Of a DNA stretch of 32,000 nt, positions 17,330-24,477 are shown piece after piece. Position 1 is the first letter of the stretch. Every line of letters starts with the position of its first letter. Under the pieces are notes generated by a model. That model saw only the letters and a list, made by a program, of their open reading frames with translations, was not told where the DNA came from and ran no database searches. The position numbers and the translations under genes were made by a program. Source of the stretch: Alkanindiges illinoisensis DSM 15370. GTDB lineage: Bacteria > Pseudomonadota > Gammaproteobacteria > Pseudomonadales > Moraxellaceae. Where the stretch lies: contig NZ_JHUX01000009.1 of NCBI RefSeq assembly GCF_000619845.1, forward strand, positions 1-32,000, read 5' to 3'.

Positions 17330-17791
17330 ATGAATTATACGCCTTATCATGCCATTGGTAGATTATTTGCCATAGAAGAATTAGCCAATCCGATCCTGGC
17401 GGCCAACAAGGACAATCAGACCTTTAGCACCCCGATTGACCAAACCAAGCTACACAATACCATTACGGCAATCCATACCTCGGCCAGCACAATGGTGCAA
17501 AACCGGCTGAAGCAACTGGAAAATGACACCAAAACAAAAATGGATGATCAAAGGCTGGATACTTTTTTAAATCTGGACAGTAATCAGCTTGCCTTACTGC
17601 AACAGGCCTATATTAATGAACGTACTGCCATTAAGCGTTGTAATGTCTTTAAGACGATTCGTCTACGGAAAAATTTGAGTATTGATGAGGCTGCTGAAGG
17701 CTTGAAACTCAATCGTCGTAACCTTCAGGCATGGGAAGCACATAAAAAAAACTGCCCAATTGATGCCATTAAACGACTTGAGCAGTTATAA
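17330..17791 (+). CDS. Hypothetical protein (153 aa) with a C-terminal HTH-like segment, divergent from the XRE gene
   Basis: The C-terminal IRLRKNLSIDEAAEGLKLNRRNLQAWEAHKK resembles an XRE-type HTH. The N-terminal two thirds are unrecognised. Confidence 0.55.
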   Translation: MNYTPYHAIGRLFAIEELANPILAANKDNQTFSTPIDQTKLHNTITAIHTSASTMVQNRLKQLENDTKTKMDDQRLDTFLNLDSNQLALLQQAYINERTAIKRCNVFKTIRLRKNLSIDEAAEGLKLNRRNLQAWEAHKKNCPIDAIKRLEQL

Positions 17792-17803
17792 GATAAAAAT
17801 CAA

Positions 17804-18082
17804 TTAAAACAGGTCAGCATGTGATCCGCACCGGGCTAAAATCAATTCCTGATTGTCCCAATCCACGTCCCAGATCAGTAAGAAATCCGGTTGCACATGG
17901 CATTCCATGTGGGGCTTCCAGTTCCCAACTAAGGGATGTGGCTTATATTCATCCGGGACAGTTCCTGTTTTCACTAAATGCTCATCAATAAGCTGTAGTA
18001 GTAAATCTGTATCCTTTTTAGGATCATTTAATGCCCGTTTTAAATCTTTTTTAAACTGCTTTTTAATCCTGATTATCAGCAT
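17804..18082 (-). CDS. yafQ: Type II toxin, YafQ/RelE family mRNA interferase
   Basis: KKQFKKDLKRA...YKPHPLVGNWKPHMECHVQPDFLLIWDVD...LARCGSHADLF matches the YafQ signature (H-P-L-x-G-x-W-x-x-x-x-E-C-H-x-x-P-D-x-L-L-I...G-[ST]-H-x-[DA]-L-F). It overlaps the upstream antitoxin gene by 20 nt. Confidence 0.9.
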   Translation of the reverse strand: MLIIRIKKQFKKDLKRALNDPKKDTDLLLQLIDEHLVKTGTVPDEYKPHPLVGNWKPHMECHVQPDFLLIWDVDWDNQELILARCGSHADLF

Positions 18083-18332
18083 TATCTAACTCAACAAATA
18101 GTGCTTTTGCTGTTGGGTAGGTCTGCGGCTCAACAGGTGCTTTCATGGCAGCGAGTGTCACAGCGTTCGGAACTCTAAGTTCAAGCGGAAACTCCTGACG
18201 GACTATCACCTGATGCAAAAAAATCCTGATTGCGTCAGACATGCTTAAACCTATTGAGCCTAACACCACTTCGGCCTTCTGTTTGATATCACCGTCAACC
18301 CTTGCCCTAACTACATCGGCTTTAGTGTTCAT
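18063..18332 (-). CDS. dinJ: Type II antitoxin, DinJ/RelB family
   Basis: N-terminal RHH region VRARVDGDIKQKAEVVLGSIGLSMSDAIRIFLHQVI, typical of RelB/DinJ. It sits upstream of the toxin and overlaps it. Confidence 0.9.
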   Translation of the reverse strand: MNTKADVVRARVDGDIKQKAEVVLGSIGLSMSDAIRIFLHQVIVRQEFPLELRVPNAVTLAAMKAPVEPQTYPTAKALFVELDNADNQD

Positions 18333-18359
18333 GGTATTTACTCCTGTCTTGGTAAGTTT

Positions 18360-18383
18360 ATTGTAGCACTTTTGAGCTACAAT
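18360..18383. promoter_or_regulatory. Inverted repeat ATTGTAGC-(8 nt)-GCTACAAT, 28 bp upstream of dinJ; candidate TA autoregulation operator
   Basis: Perfect 8-bp arms read directly. The position is typical of RHH antitoxin operators. Confidence 0.5.
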
Positions 18384-18410
18384 GCAAATTCAGCTATTAG
18401 AAGATAAAAA

Positions 18411-18424
18411 TTTCGTTAACGAAA
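18411..18424. promoter_or_regulatory. Palindrome TTTCGTTAACGAAA (perfect copy 2) in the dinJ / parA divergent control region
   Basis: Exact 14-bp palindrome. It lies 52 bp upstream of the -35 of the putative parA promoter. Confidence 0.6.
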
Positions 18425-18462
18425 ATTTCATCTTTGGCGTCATAACAAAAAGTATTGAATTA

Positions 18463-18505
18463 ATGTAAAGTGTTATTGACAACACACTATATTTTTTAAG
18501 ATACT
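18463..18505 (+). promoter_or_regulatory. Putative parA-operon promoter: conserved box ATGTAAAGTGTTATTG overlapping the -35 TTGACA (18476-18481), with -10 GATACT (18500-18505, 18-bp spacer)
   Basis: Consensus -35 but a moderate -10. The 16-bp box recurs at 23630-23645 in front of a second promoter. Confidence 0.5.
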
Positions 18506-18562
18506 GAAATTGTTCACTAGAACTTTTTATTGATGTGTGGCTAACGCTACGAAGGAGTTAAG

Positions 18563-18646
18563 ATGAGTAACCCAGTCATAGGCGATGTGTTTTATTCCCT
18601 ATTTGGTGCTACATTGGGCGCAATTTTTATAAATTTTGGCGGTTAA
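18563..18646 (+). CDS. Short hydrophobic ORF (27 aa, MSNPVIGDVFYSLFGATLGAIFINFGG) upstream of parA
   Basis: Strong SD GAAGGAG (18551-18557) 5 nt before the ATG. The stop is 16 nt before the parA ATG. The same SD cassette drives a real gene at 23740. Translation is not proven. Confidence 0.35.
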   Translation: MSNPVIGDVFYSLFGATLGAIFINFGG

Positions 18647-18662
18647 GGGGCAAGGACATTTT

Positions 18663-19403
18663 ATGAAAATAATTACGATTGCAAATCAAAAAGGCGGCGT
18701 CGGAAAAAGTGCGCTGAGCCTGCATATTGCTTTTTACCTGCATGAGCTGGGTAAAAAAGTGGTGTTCATTGATCTTGACCCACAAGGTAACAGCTCAAGC
18801 GTACTGGGTAAGACTGACTTTCAGGCGGTGGCTTCGGCCAGCAGTTTATTTCAGGACAACTTTAGCCTGGATATGCCCCTACCCCATGCTGTTTTATTGA
18901 AAGGTGATGCCAGCCTGGTCAATAACCTGGATATAAAGTTGTTTGTGCAGAACATGAATCAACTCATCAAGTCTATTGATGATGACACCATTTGCATTGT
19001 CGATACCGCCCCAACCGCTAGTGCCTTACAGATTGCCCCGCTTATTGTCAGTGATAGCGTGGTATCCCCGATTGAGCTTGAAAGTTTTTCCATAGCCGGG
19101 ATTGCCAGTATCCTCAACACCCTAAACAACATTAAGGAACAATATAACCCTCGGCTGAATTTTTTAGGGATTGTTCCTAACCGGGTTAAAGGGGTCAGTC
19201 ATCGCCAGCTCACCCTGTTGGAACAGCTAAAGACGTCCTACTCACAATACCTGCTCGACCCTGAATTTAAGATTAATGAGCGTCAGGCCATACCAGAGGC
19301 CTTGGATCAGGGCATCCCGGTATGGCGGCTTGGCAAGACCTCTGCCCGTGATGTGGGCAAGGAAATGAAAGCTGTCGTTTCTAAAATATATCAATCAATT
19401 TAG
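18663..19403 (+). CDS. parA: Partition ATPase ParA (IncC-like, deviant Walker A)
   Basis: MKIITIANQKGGVGKSALSLHIA is a KGGxGKS deviant Walker A, and VVFIDLDPQGN follows. The preferred start is the ATG at 18663, with AAGGA 6 nt upstream. The track TTG at 18636 is less likely. Confidence 0.9.
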   Translation: MKIITIANQKGGVGKSALSLHIAFYLHELGKKVVFIDLDPQGNSSSVLGKTDFQAVASASSLFQDNFSLDMPLPHAVLLKGDASLVNNLDIKLFVQNMNQLIKSIDDDTICIVDTAPTASALQIAPLIVSDSVVSPIELESFSIAGIASILNTLNNIKEQYNPRLNFLGIVPNRVKGVSHRQLTLLEQLKTSYSQYLLDPEFKINERQAIPEALDQGIPVWRLGKTSARDVGKEMKAVVSKIYQSI

Positions 19404-19410
19404 GACAATA

Positions 19411-20427
19411 ATGATGAATTTGGATGCACTCAATAACTTAAATATCGGTTCCCTGGTTGGCAAGCCAAGCCGTACCCAGAATACCAAGGATCAACTGCAT
19501 ATTGACCTTGCCTTGATTGAAGAAGACCCGTTAAACGTCCGTCTGGTGTTCGATGAAGACAAATTACAGGCACTGGCGGATACCATTCGGGAAAATGGGG
19601 TATTGACCCCTATTTCAATTCGCCCCAATCCTGACAAGTCCGGGCATTTTATTATTAATAACGGTGCTCGACGTTTTAGGGCATCTACCCTGCTTGGCTT
19701 AAAATCCATTCCGGCGTTTATTGATGAGCAGCATGATGAAATCAATCAAATGATTGATAATCTGGAGCGTGAGGATTTAACACCGCTTGAGATTGCTCAG
19801 AAGATTTATAAGCTGGCCAATCATGAAGATAAGGCCAAGCGCCTTAAAAAAGAAGACATTGCAAAACGGCTTGGTGCAAAACCGGCATGGGTATCCAAGC
19901 ATTTAAAACTGCTTGAAATGCCTGAAAAACTCAAGTTCCTGTATGACATGAAACGCTGCAACGACCTTGAAGCCTTATATGCCATTAGCTCGGCCTATAA
20001 GAAATATCCTCATCAAATTGACAAATGGCTGGATTCCTTTAAGGACAGTTCTGACATTATTACCCAGCAGGCCGCCAATGCGTTTTTAAACAAGTTAAAG
20101 GAAAAGGATAAGCCCAAAGCGGCTAGCCCTATCGCTGAGCAGGATGAAGCTTCTGTAGACCGTGCTAGTCGGCCTGATAATACTGAGTATGAAGCTGCTG
20201 AAGCCGGTGAAAATTTTGATAGTAATGACAATGCAGGGACTAAAGACCGGTCAATTGGCCAGCAGTCTTCCAATGAGTCATTCAAGTCAGGCCATGATCT
20301 CAAGTTTATCAGTATTTCTTTGGTCGGCAGTGATGAGCAGCATCAACAGATTACCCAGCAGCTCCAAGAATTTTTAAAACAAATCGAGCAGCAGTATCCA
20401 ACCGCCCAGCTTGAGCTGCAAAGTTGA
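19411..20427 (+). CDS. parB: ParB/KorB-family partition and DNA-binding protein
   Basis: N-terminal ParB box (ENGVLTPISIRPN...FIINNGARRFRASTLLG), a central HTH region (LTPLEIAQKI...KEDIAKRLGAKPAWVSKHLKLL) and an acidic, low-complexity C-terminal half. It lies directly downstream of parA. Confidence 0.85.
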   Translation: MMNLDALNNLNIGSLVGKPSRTQNTKDQLHIDLALIEEDPLNVRLVFDEDKLQALADTIRENGVLTPISIRPNPDKSGHFIINNGARRFRASTLLGLKSIPAFIDEQHDEINQMIDNLEREDLTPLEIAQKIYKLANHEDKAKRLKKEDIAKRLGAKPAWVSKHLKLLEMPEKLKFLYDMKRCNDLEALYAISSAYKKYPHQIDKWLDSFKDSSDIITQQAANAFLNKLKEKDKPKAASPIAEQDEASVDRASRPDNTEYEAAEAGENFDSNDNAGTKDRSIGQQSSNESFKSGHDLKFISISLVGSDEQHQQITQQLQEFLKQIEQQYPTAQLELQS

Positions 20428-20436
20428 TCAGACATA

Positions 20437-20462
20437 CAGAACTTTCGTTAACGAAAGTTCTG
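20437..20462. promoter_or_regulatory. 26-bp perfect palindrome CAGAACTTTCGTTAACGAAAGTTCTG (contains perfect copy 3) between parB and the korA-like gene
   Basis: Read directly. The core is at 20443-20456. Confidence 0.6.
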
Positions 20463-20482
20463 CCCATGATGGAATCATTATC

Positions 20483-20821
20483 ATGATGAAAAAATCAGGC
20501 TACCAGGGCATTCTGACACAAGAACAATATGATGCACTACTGCCCACTTTGGCAAACTTTTCAGAAGAACGTAAACAGGCCTGCTACCTGGTCATGGTCA
20601 AAGGCATGCCAGCCACCGAAGTTGCCAATCAGTTCAGCAAAACCCGGCAGTGGCTAAATGATGCGCTAATCAAGGTTTATGACAAATATGTTCAGGTCAA
20701 TTACCCGAGTGATTGGCAAACCATTACCGTCCGGGTTCCCCCACATCTTGCCGTTATCATCAGAGGCATGGAACAAAAGGCACTGGACTTGCTAAAGCAA
20801 CAGATTAGAAAGTTAAAATAA
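20483..20821 (+). CDS. korA: KorA/TrfB-family transcriptional repressor (about 112 aa)
   Basis: The layout parallels RK2 KorA as I recall it. LTQEQYDAL.. matches LTESQFQEA.. at the N-terminus. A central HTH follows (ATEVANQFSKTRQWLNDALIKV). The C-terminal ..WQTITVRVPPHLAVIIRGMEQKA matches ..YARVTAVLPEHQAYIVRKWEADA. The start is placed at ATG 20483 because the track start at 20411 would read through the palindrome. Confidence 0.6.
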   Translation: MMKKSGYQGILTQEQYDALLPTLANFSEERKQACYLVMVKGMPATEVANQFSKTRQWLNDALIKVYDKYVQVNYPSDWQTITVRVPPHLAVIIRGMEQKALDLLKQQIRKLK

Positions 20822-20998
20822 TCGGTAGCCATTATTAATATTTTCTATTAAACCAGTTAAATCTAATCAACATCGTTTATATAAATTTACTATTCAGACA
20901 TACTGAGTAAATCATTCAGTACATGACTATAAATATATCGCCATATTGACCACGCTATAAACGGCTTTCCAATACCCTACTCCCCAGAGGTAAAGTGA

Positions 20999-21262
20999 AT
21001 GAAAGCGTACTTCCTTGGTTGTACAGTGGCCTTACTTGCATCAACGCAGGCGATGGCAGCAACCGTTGCCGCAGAAGCCTTCAGTCGTGGTAATTGCAGG
21101 GCTTATATTCCTGGTTACGGCTATGGCTGGTATAACGAATCCATATCTTATGATGCGTTATCCGGGACACACTATAATTTGTATGCCAAGACTTCCCAGA
21201 CCAACCGTAGAGGGTTCCAGCTCGATCCAATCAAAGCACCAACCCTGCTGGTTACCGGGTAA
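20999..21262 (+). CDS. Secreted hypothetical protein (87 aa as read); possibly the 5' part of a frameshifted gene of about 135 codons ending at 21405
   Basis: Signal peptide MKAYFLGCTVALLASTQAMA-A with SD GAGG upstream. A second frame is open from 21211 to 21405 and fills the otherwise empty gap before the next gene. Confidence 0.5.
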   Translation: MKAYFLGCTVALLASTQAMAATVAAEAFSRGNCRAYIPGYGYGWYNESISYDALSGTHYNLYAKTSQTNRRGFQLDPIKAPTLLVTG

Positions 21263-21417
21263 GAGCTGGCTATGTTGATCCAATTAGTGATCCTACCTTT
21301 TGGTATATCACAGGCGCGCACCGGGAAACCCTCGATTCTGGCCGTATCGTGTCTTTTAACACATCAGCCACAGATTGCAATTTACACCCTGGCCAATTCC
21401 TCTAATGCAGACAGCGC

Positions 21418-22266
21418 ATGAATATTAAAAAAGTATTGTTAATTGCCCTACTGGCCATTGCCCTGGTAGGGCTTGTTTTCATCTTTATCAAATCGCAAGA
21501 GGTGAAGCAAACCACTGTGATTGGTAATGGCATAGGCCCAGATCAGCAGCTACAGGGTAGTGCTAAACCCCTATCCTCTTCATCCATGAATAACCCGACA
21601 ACGGTACAGCAAAACCCAGCTTCATTATTGGACATTAATTCTAGTCCCGTAACCGATGATCCATCCATGCCCGATTTAAAAGGCCGCCGTGACAAAAACC
21701 CGGATGGGGTGATTTATACCACCTTAAATAACACCACCTTGGATAAAAACGAAAAACAGTTTCTTGAAAAGCGTTTAAACAACCTACAGCGTTATGGCAG
21801 TTTTAGTGGCGGCAAAAAAACCGATGAGTTTAGCCATCTGGATAAAAAACACGCCATGTTAAAACAAGATAAGCCTTTAAGCTTTAAACCTACTGAGATT
21901 GCCACCCTTATCCCTGATTTAACGCTTACTGGCAAATGGTATTCCGGCGGTGCCAGTGCAGGCGGCTATTCATCATTGTACCGCCTGTATGAAAGCCCAC
22001 AGAGTAATCAGAAGTTTGAAATTACCGAAATGTACTTAGACCCTAAGAGTAATGCAACCGTAGAAGTACTCAAGGAAAGCCTGAACTACAACATTAATAA
22101 TGTTCCGATGACCTTGGAAACCATTAAGGATGATAACGGCAACGAAATATACAACGTGCATTATGTGGTGAACCAGCGCTATTACTCGCTATCTAGCCAG
22201 AATATGTCGAAGACTGAACTTGATAAAATTCTACAAACCTTGGCTAGGCCTTCTTATACACAGTGA
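21418..22266 (+). CDS. Membrane-anchored or exported hypothetical protein (282 aa)
   Basis: N-terminal TM/signal anchor (VLLIALLAIALVGLVFIFI), then a Ser/Pro/Asn-rich linker and a globular C-terminal domain. No family was recognised. Confidence 0.6.
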   Translation: MNIKKVLLIALLAIALVGLVFIFIKSQEVKQTTVIGNGIGPDQQLQGSAKPLSSSSMNNPTTVQQNPASLLDINSSPVTDDPSMPDLKGRRDKNPDGVIYTTLNNTTLDKNEKQFLEKRLNNLQRYGSFSGGKKTDEFSHLDKKHAMLKQDKPLSFKPTEIATLIPDLTLTGKWYSGGASAGGYSSLYRLYESPQSNQKFEITEMYLDPKSNATVEVLKESLNYNINNVPMTLETIKDDNGNEIYNVHYVVNQRYYSLSSQNMSKTELDKILQTLARPSYTQ

Positions 22267-22277
22267 GCTGAAAAATG

Positions 22278-22309
22278 GTTATAAACTTTCGTTAAAGAAA
22301 ATTTATAAC
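22278..22309. promoter_or_regulatory. 32-bp near-palindrome GTTATAAACTTTCGTTAAAGAAAATTTATAAC (variant copy, core 13/14) between convergent genes
   Basis: Read directly. The core TTTCGTTAAAGAAA (22287-22300) has one mismatch. The outer arms GTTATAAA/TTTATAAC are perfect. Confidence 0.5.
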
Positions 22310-22346
22310 ATGCGTGGAATTCCCTAACCACAGCCTAATAGACTTT

Positions 22347-23306
22347 TTAAGACAAAATTTCCAAGTATGGATTTTTGTCTATAATGGCCGCATGTGATTT
22401 CTTTCGTAGTAGTTCTAACAAATCACCTTGACGTTGTAATAGCATGACAAATTCTTGCAAAGAACATAGAAACAAAGTTTTCTGGGTTAGTGCATTTCTA
22501 CACTCAGAAATAACTGATGCTGCATAACCATTTGTTGCAATAAAAATTCCATGAGCATTTGCACGCATGAATAATCGGCTTAAGTGAGGCGAAAACTCAC
22601 CTATTCCTACTGGTATATTAAGCCACTTCATTTCTACAAGATGGATTTGTCCATTTAATTCAATTACACCGTCTATTTGTTCAACAATGACTGAACTATC
22701 AGGGTCTCTACGGCGGAAATCTTCCTGAACATAAATTCCATAAGCACGAAATAAATCATTTAAAACCTTTTCCAATAATTTTCCTCGCTCCTGTGGCTTA
22801 TCATCCATTTTAAATAACGCCAAAAGACACTGGTTAACATGTTCAATCTTTGCGCGTTTTTCTGCAGCTGCATTACGTTCTGACTGTTGTTTAGCTATTC
22901 GAGAATTCCGTTCAGCATCTCGTTCCTGTTTCATTCGAGTAAAAGCATCCTTTTTATTTACGGCTTCCCTAATACTGGCAACCAATCCTTTAGCCTTATA
23001 TTGGTCATTTGGCCAGCAAGTTTCAAAGCTTTCAAAATCCACTACACGCCTTAAAATTTCGCGACGGGCACGAAGTCCGTTATCGCCCCGTTGATTTACC
23101 TTTGTCAAAACATTTCGAACAATATCAAATTTATTAATTGCTTCAGGTGTTGCATTTACTAAGTGTTGTACTTCATGGATATCTTCCGGAGCTACACCAG
23201 CACCCTGAAAAAATAGCACAACATCTCGTTTGCTACGACAAAGCAGAGGAATGGTATCAACAAGTAAACTCAATACCTCTGGTGGATAATGATATGCATC
23301 TACCAT
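22347..23306 (-). CDS. Restriction-endonuclease-like (Mrr-cat, PD-(D/E)xK) domain protein with an unknown N-terminal domain and a coiled-coil linker
   Basis: The C-terminal region ERGKLLEKVLNDLFRAYGI...EQIDGVIELNGQIHLVEMKWLN...GIFIATNGY fits the Mrr-type nuclease core (D ... E-x-K). The preferred start is the ATG at 23306, preceded by GGGGAG. The track start at 23318 is a GTG lying inside that SD. Confidence 0.7.
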   Translation of the reverse strand: MVDAYHYPPEVLSLLVDTIPLLCRSKRDVVLFFQGAGVAPEDIHEVQHLVNATPEAINKFDIVRNVLTKVNQRGDNGLRARREILRRVVDFESFETCWPNDQYKAKGLVASIREAVNKKDAFTRMKQERDAERNSRIAKQQSERNAAAEKRAKIEHVNQCLLALFKMDDKPQERGKLLEKVLNDLFRAYGIYVQEDFRRRDPDSSVIVEQIDGVIELNGQIHLVEMKWLNIPVGIGEFSPHLSRLFMRANAHGIFIATNGYAASVISECRNALTQKTLFLCSLQEFVMLLQRQGDLLELLRKKSHAAIIDKNPYLEILS

Positions 23307-23565
23307 GTTACTCCCCACATTTCATAAATTTCAGTATATTAGAACAATATTATATCTATTGCTTAACGTATATATAGGGTCAGTTACTGAACTATTTCTA
23401 GTGATCTAACGAGCTTTAGGTTTAGCTAGAATTCAAAATTGATAAAAATATAAAAAAACACAAGTTTTTTATGTTCAAGAAGGATCAGTTCTCATTACCA
23501 CCCCAATCATAGGATATGGCAATGAACAACTTGGCTTTGACTTCCAGCTTTAAGCTATTTAGAAG

Positions 23566-23581
23566 CTTTCGTTAACGAAAG
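23566..23581. promoter_or_regulatory. 16-bp perfect palindrome CTTTCGTTAACGAAAG (perfect copy 4) in the divergent region between the nuclease gene and orf117
   Basis: Read directly. It lies 62 bp upstream of the -35 of the orf117 promoter. Confidence 0.6.
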
Positions 23582-23629
23582 TTTCCAACACTATCATGCC
23601 CTGAGCACTTCATTTAAAATTGATATATT

Positions 23630-23671
23630 ATGTAAAGTGTTATTGTAAATTTCATGCTTATTTAATATAAT
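23630..23671 (+). promoter_or_regulatory. Promoter of orf117: conserved box ATGTAAAGTGTTATTG overlapping -35 TTGTAA (23643-23648), 17-bp spacer, -10 TATAAT (23666-23671)
   Basis: Perfect -10 at optimal spacing. The upstream box is identical to that at 18463-18478. Confidence 0.65.
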
Positions 23672-23739
23672 ACAATCATCGGCAGCAACAACCCGATACT
23701 TTCATTTTCATGTGTGGCCAAGGCCGCGAAGGAGTAAAA

Positions 23740-24093
23740 ATGTCTACTGCAACTGAATTAAAATTACCACTTAAATCAAACCTGACCCCGGAAGAACAAC
23801 AGCTCAATACTCAACTTTTGGCATTTAATCTCATCAATGTTGATTTTGTAGACTGGAATGATGGTTACACGCGAGAATATTGGTATGAAGATTTTGATGT
23901 TTATATCATCAAGTTATTGCCTAACGAAACAATCAACGCGCTATTAAATCGACACTCACTGGATTCAATTCCCGGTTACAGGCATGGCGATCAGGCCATC
24001 ATAGATGCTCAAGAAATTTTTGAAAGAACCCGCAATTTTTATACCGGTACTGCAAAACTGCTTATGCTGATTAGACGCTATGCTGGGGAATAA
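23740..24093 (+). CDS. Hypothetical protein (117 aa)
   Basis: ATG preceded by GAAGGAG at 5-nt spacing and followed by a strong intrinsic terminator. No family was recognised. The in-frame upstream ATG at 23710 lies inside the conserved 5'-UTR hairpin and is unlikely to be used. Confidence 0.65.
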   Translation: MSTATELKLPLKSNLTPEEQQLNTQLLAFNLINVDFVDWNDGYTREYWYEDFDVYIIKLLPNETINALLNRHSLDSIPGYRHGDQAIIDAQEIFERTRNFYTGTAKLLMLIRRYAGE

Positions 24094-24105
24094 AATTTAA
24101 CCGTG

Positions 24106-24140
24106 AAAAGCAGCAGCTCATGCTGCTTTTTTTATTTTTG
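24106..24140 (+). terminator. Rho-independent terminator after orf117
   Basis: AAAAGCAGCAGCTCATGCTGCTTTTTTTATTTTTG: a GC-containing stem (AAAAGCAGCA/TGCTGCTTTT) followed by a long T-tract. Confidence 0.85.
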
Positions 24141-24351
24141 AAATACAAAATCAACAATATGATAAAAGCTCACCATTTGCGTTTTAAGCGATTATAAATG
24201 TTATAAGCTAGGGTAACTTGTTTTTTTAGTTAAATGCGCTGGAATCGCTTCCTATCGCATTTTAAAGGTATATGATTAATCGATCTTGGATCAAGTTTTT
24301 AGAAAAATGTAGTTTTAAAAATATTTGTTGACAGGTTTGGAAATATCGTGG

Positions 24352-24477
24352 TAATGATTATCATACTATATAATTAATATTAAATATATATATATTTAGA
24401 GCTTTATAAAAACTTTAAAAGCTTTAAAGCTTTAGGAAAGATTTTTTCAATTATTTATCAATTGCTTATGAAAATTA
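24352..24477. other. AT-rich region of oriV (candidate DNA-unwinding element) with an (AT)n run and four RCTTTA repeats (24401, 24412, 24421, 24429)
   Basis: Very AT-rich sequence directly abutting the iteron array. The repeats GCTTTATAAAAACTTTAAAAGCTTTAAAGCTTTAGG were read directly. Confidence 0.6.

Noticed and set aside
20411-20482. Upstream TTG/ATG extension of the korA-like ORF overlapping the parB end
   Set aside because: The extension reads straight through the 26-bp palindrome (TFVNES is simply the palindrome translated, as with SFVNEN in traI). The KorA-like alignment begins at MMKKSGY..., so the start is placed at 20483.
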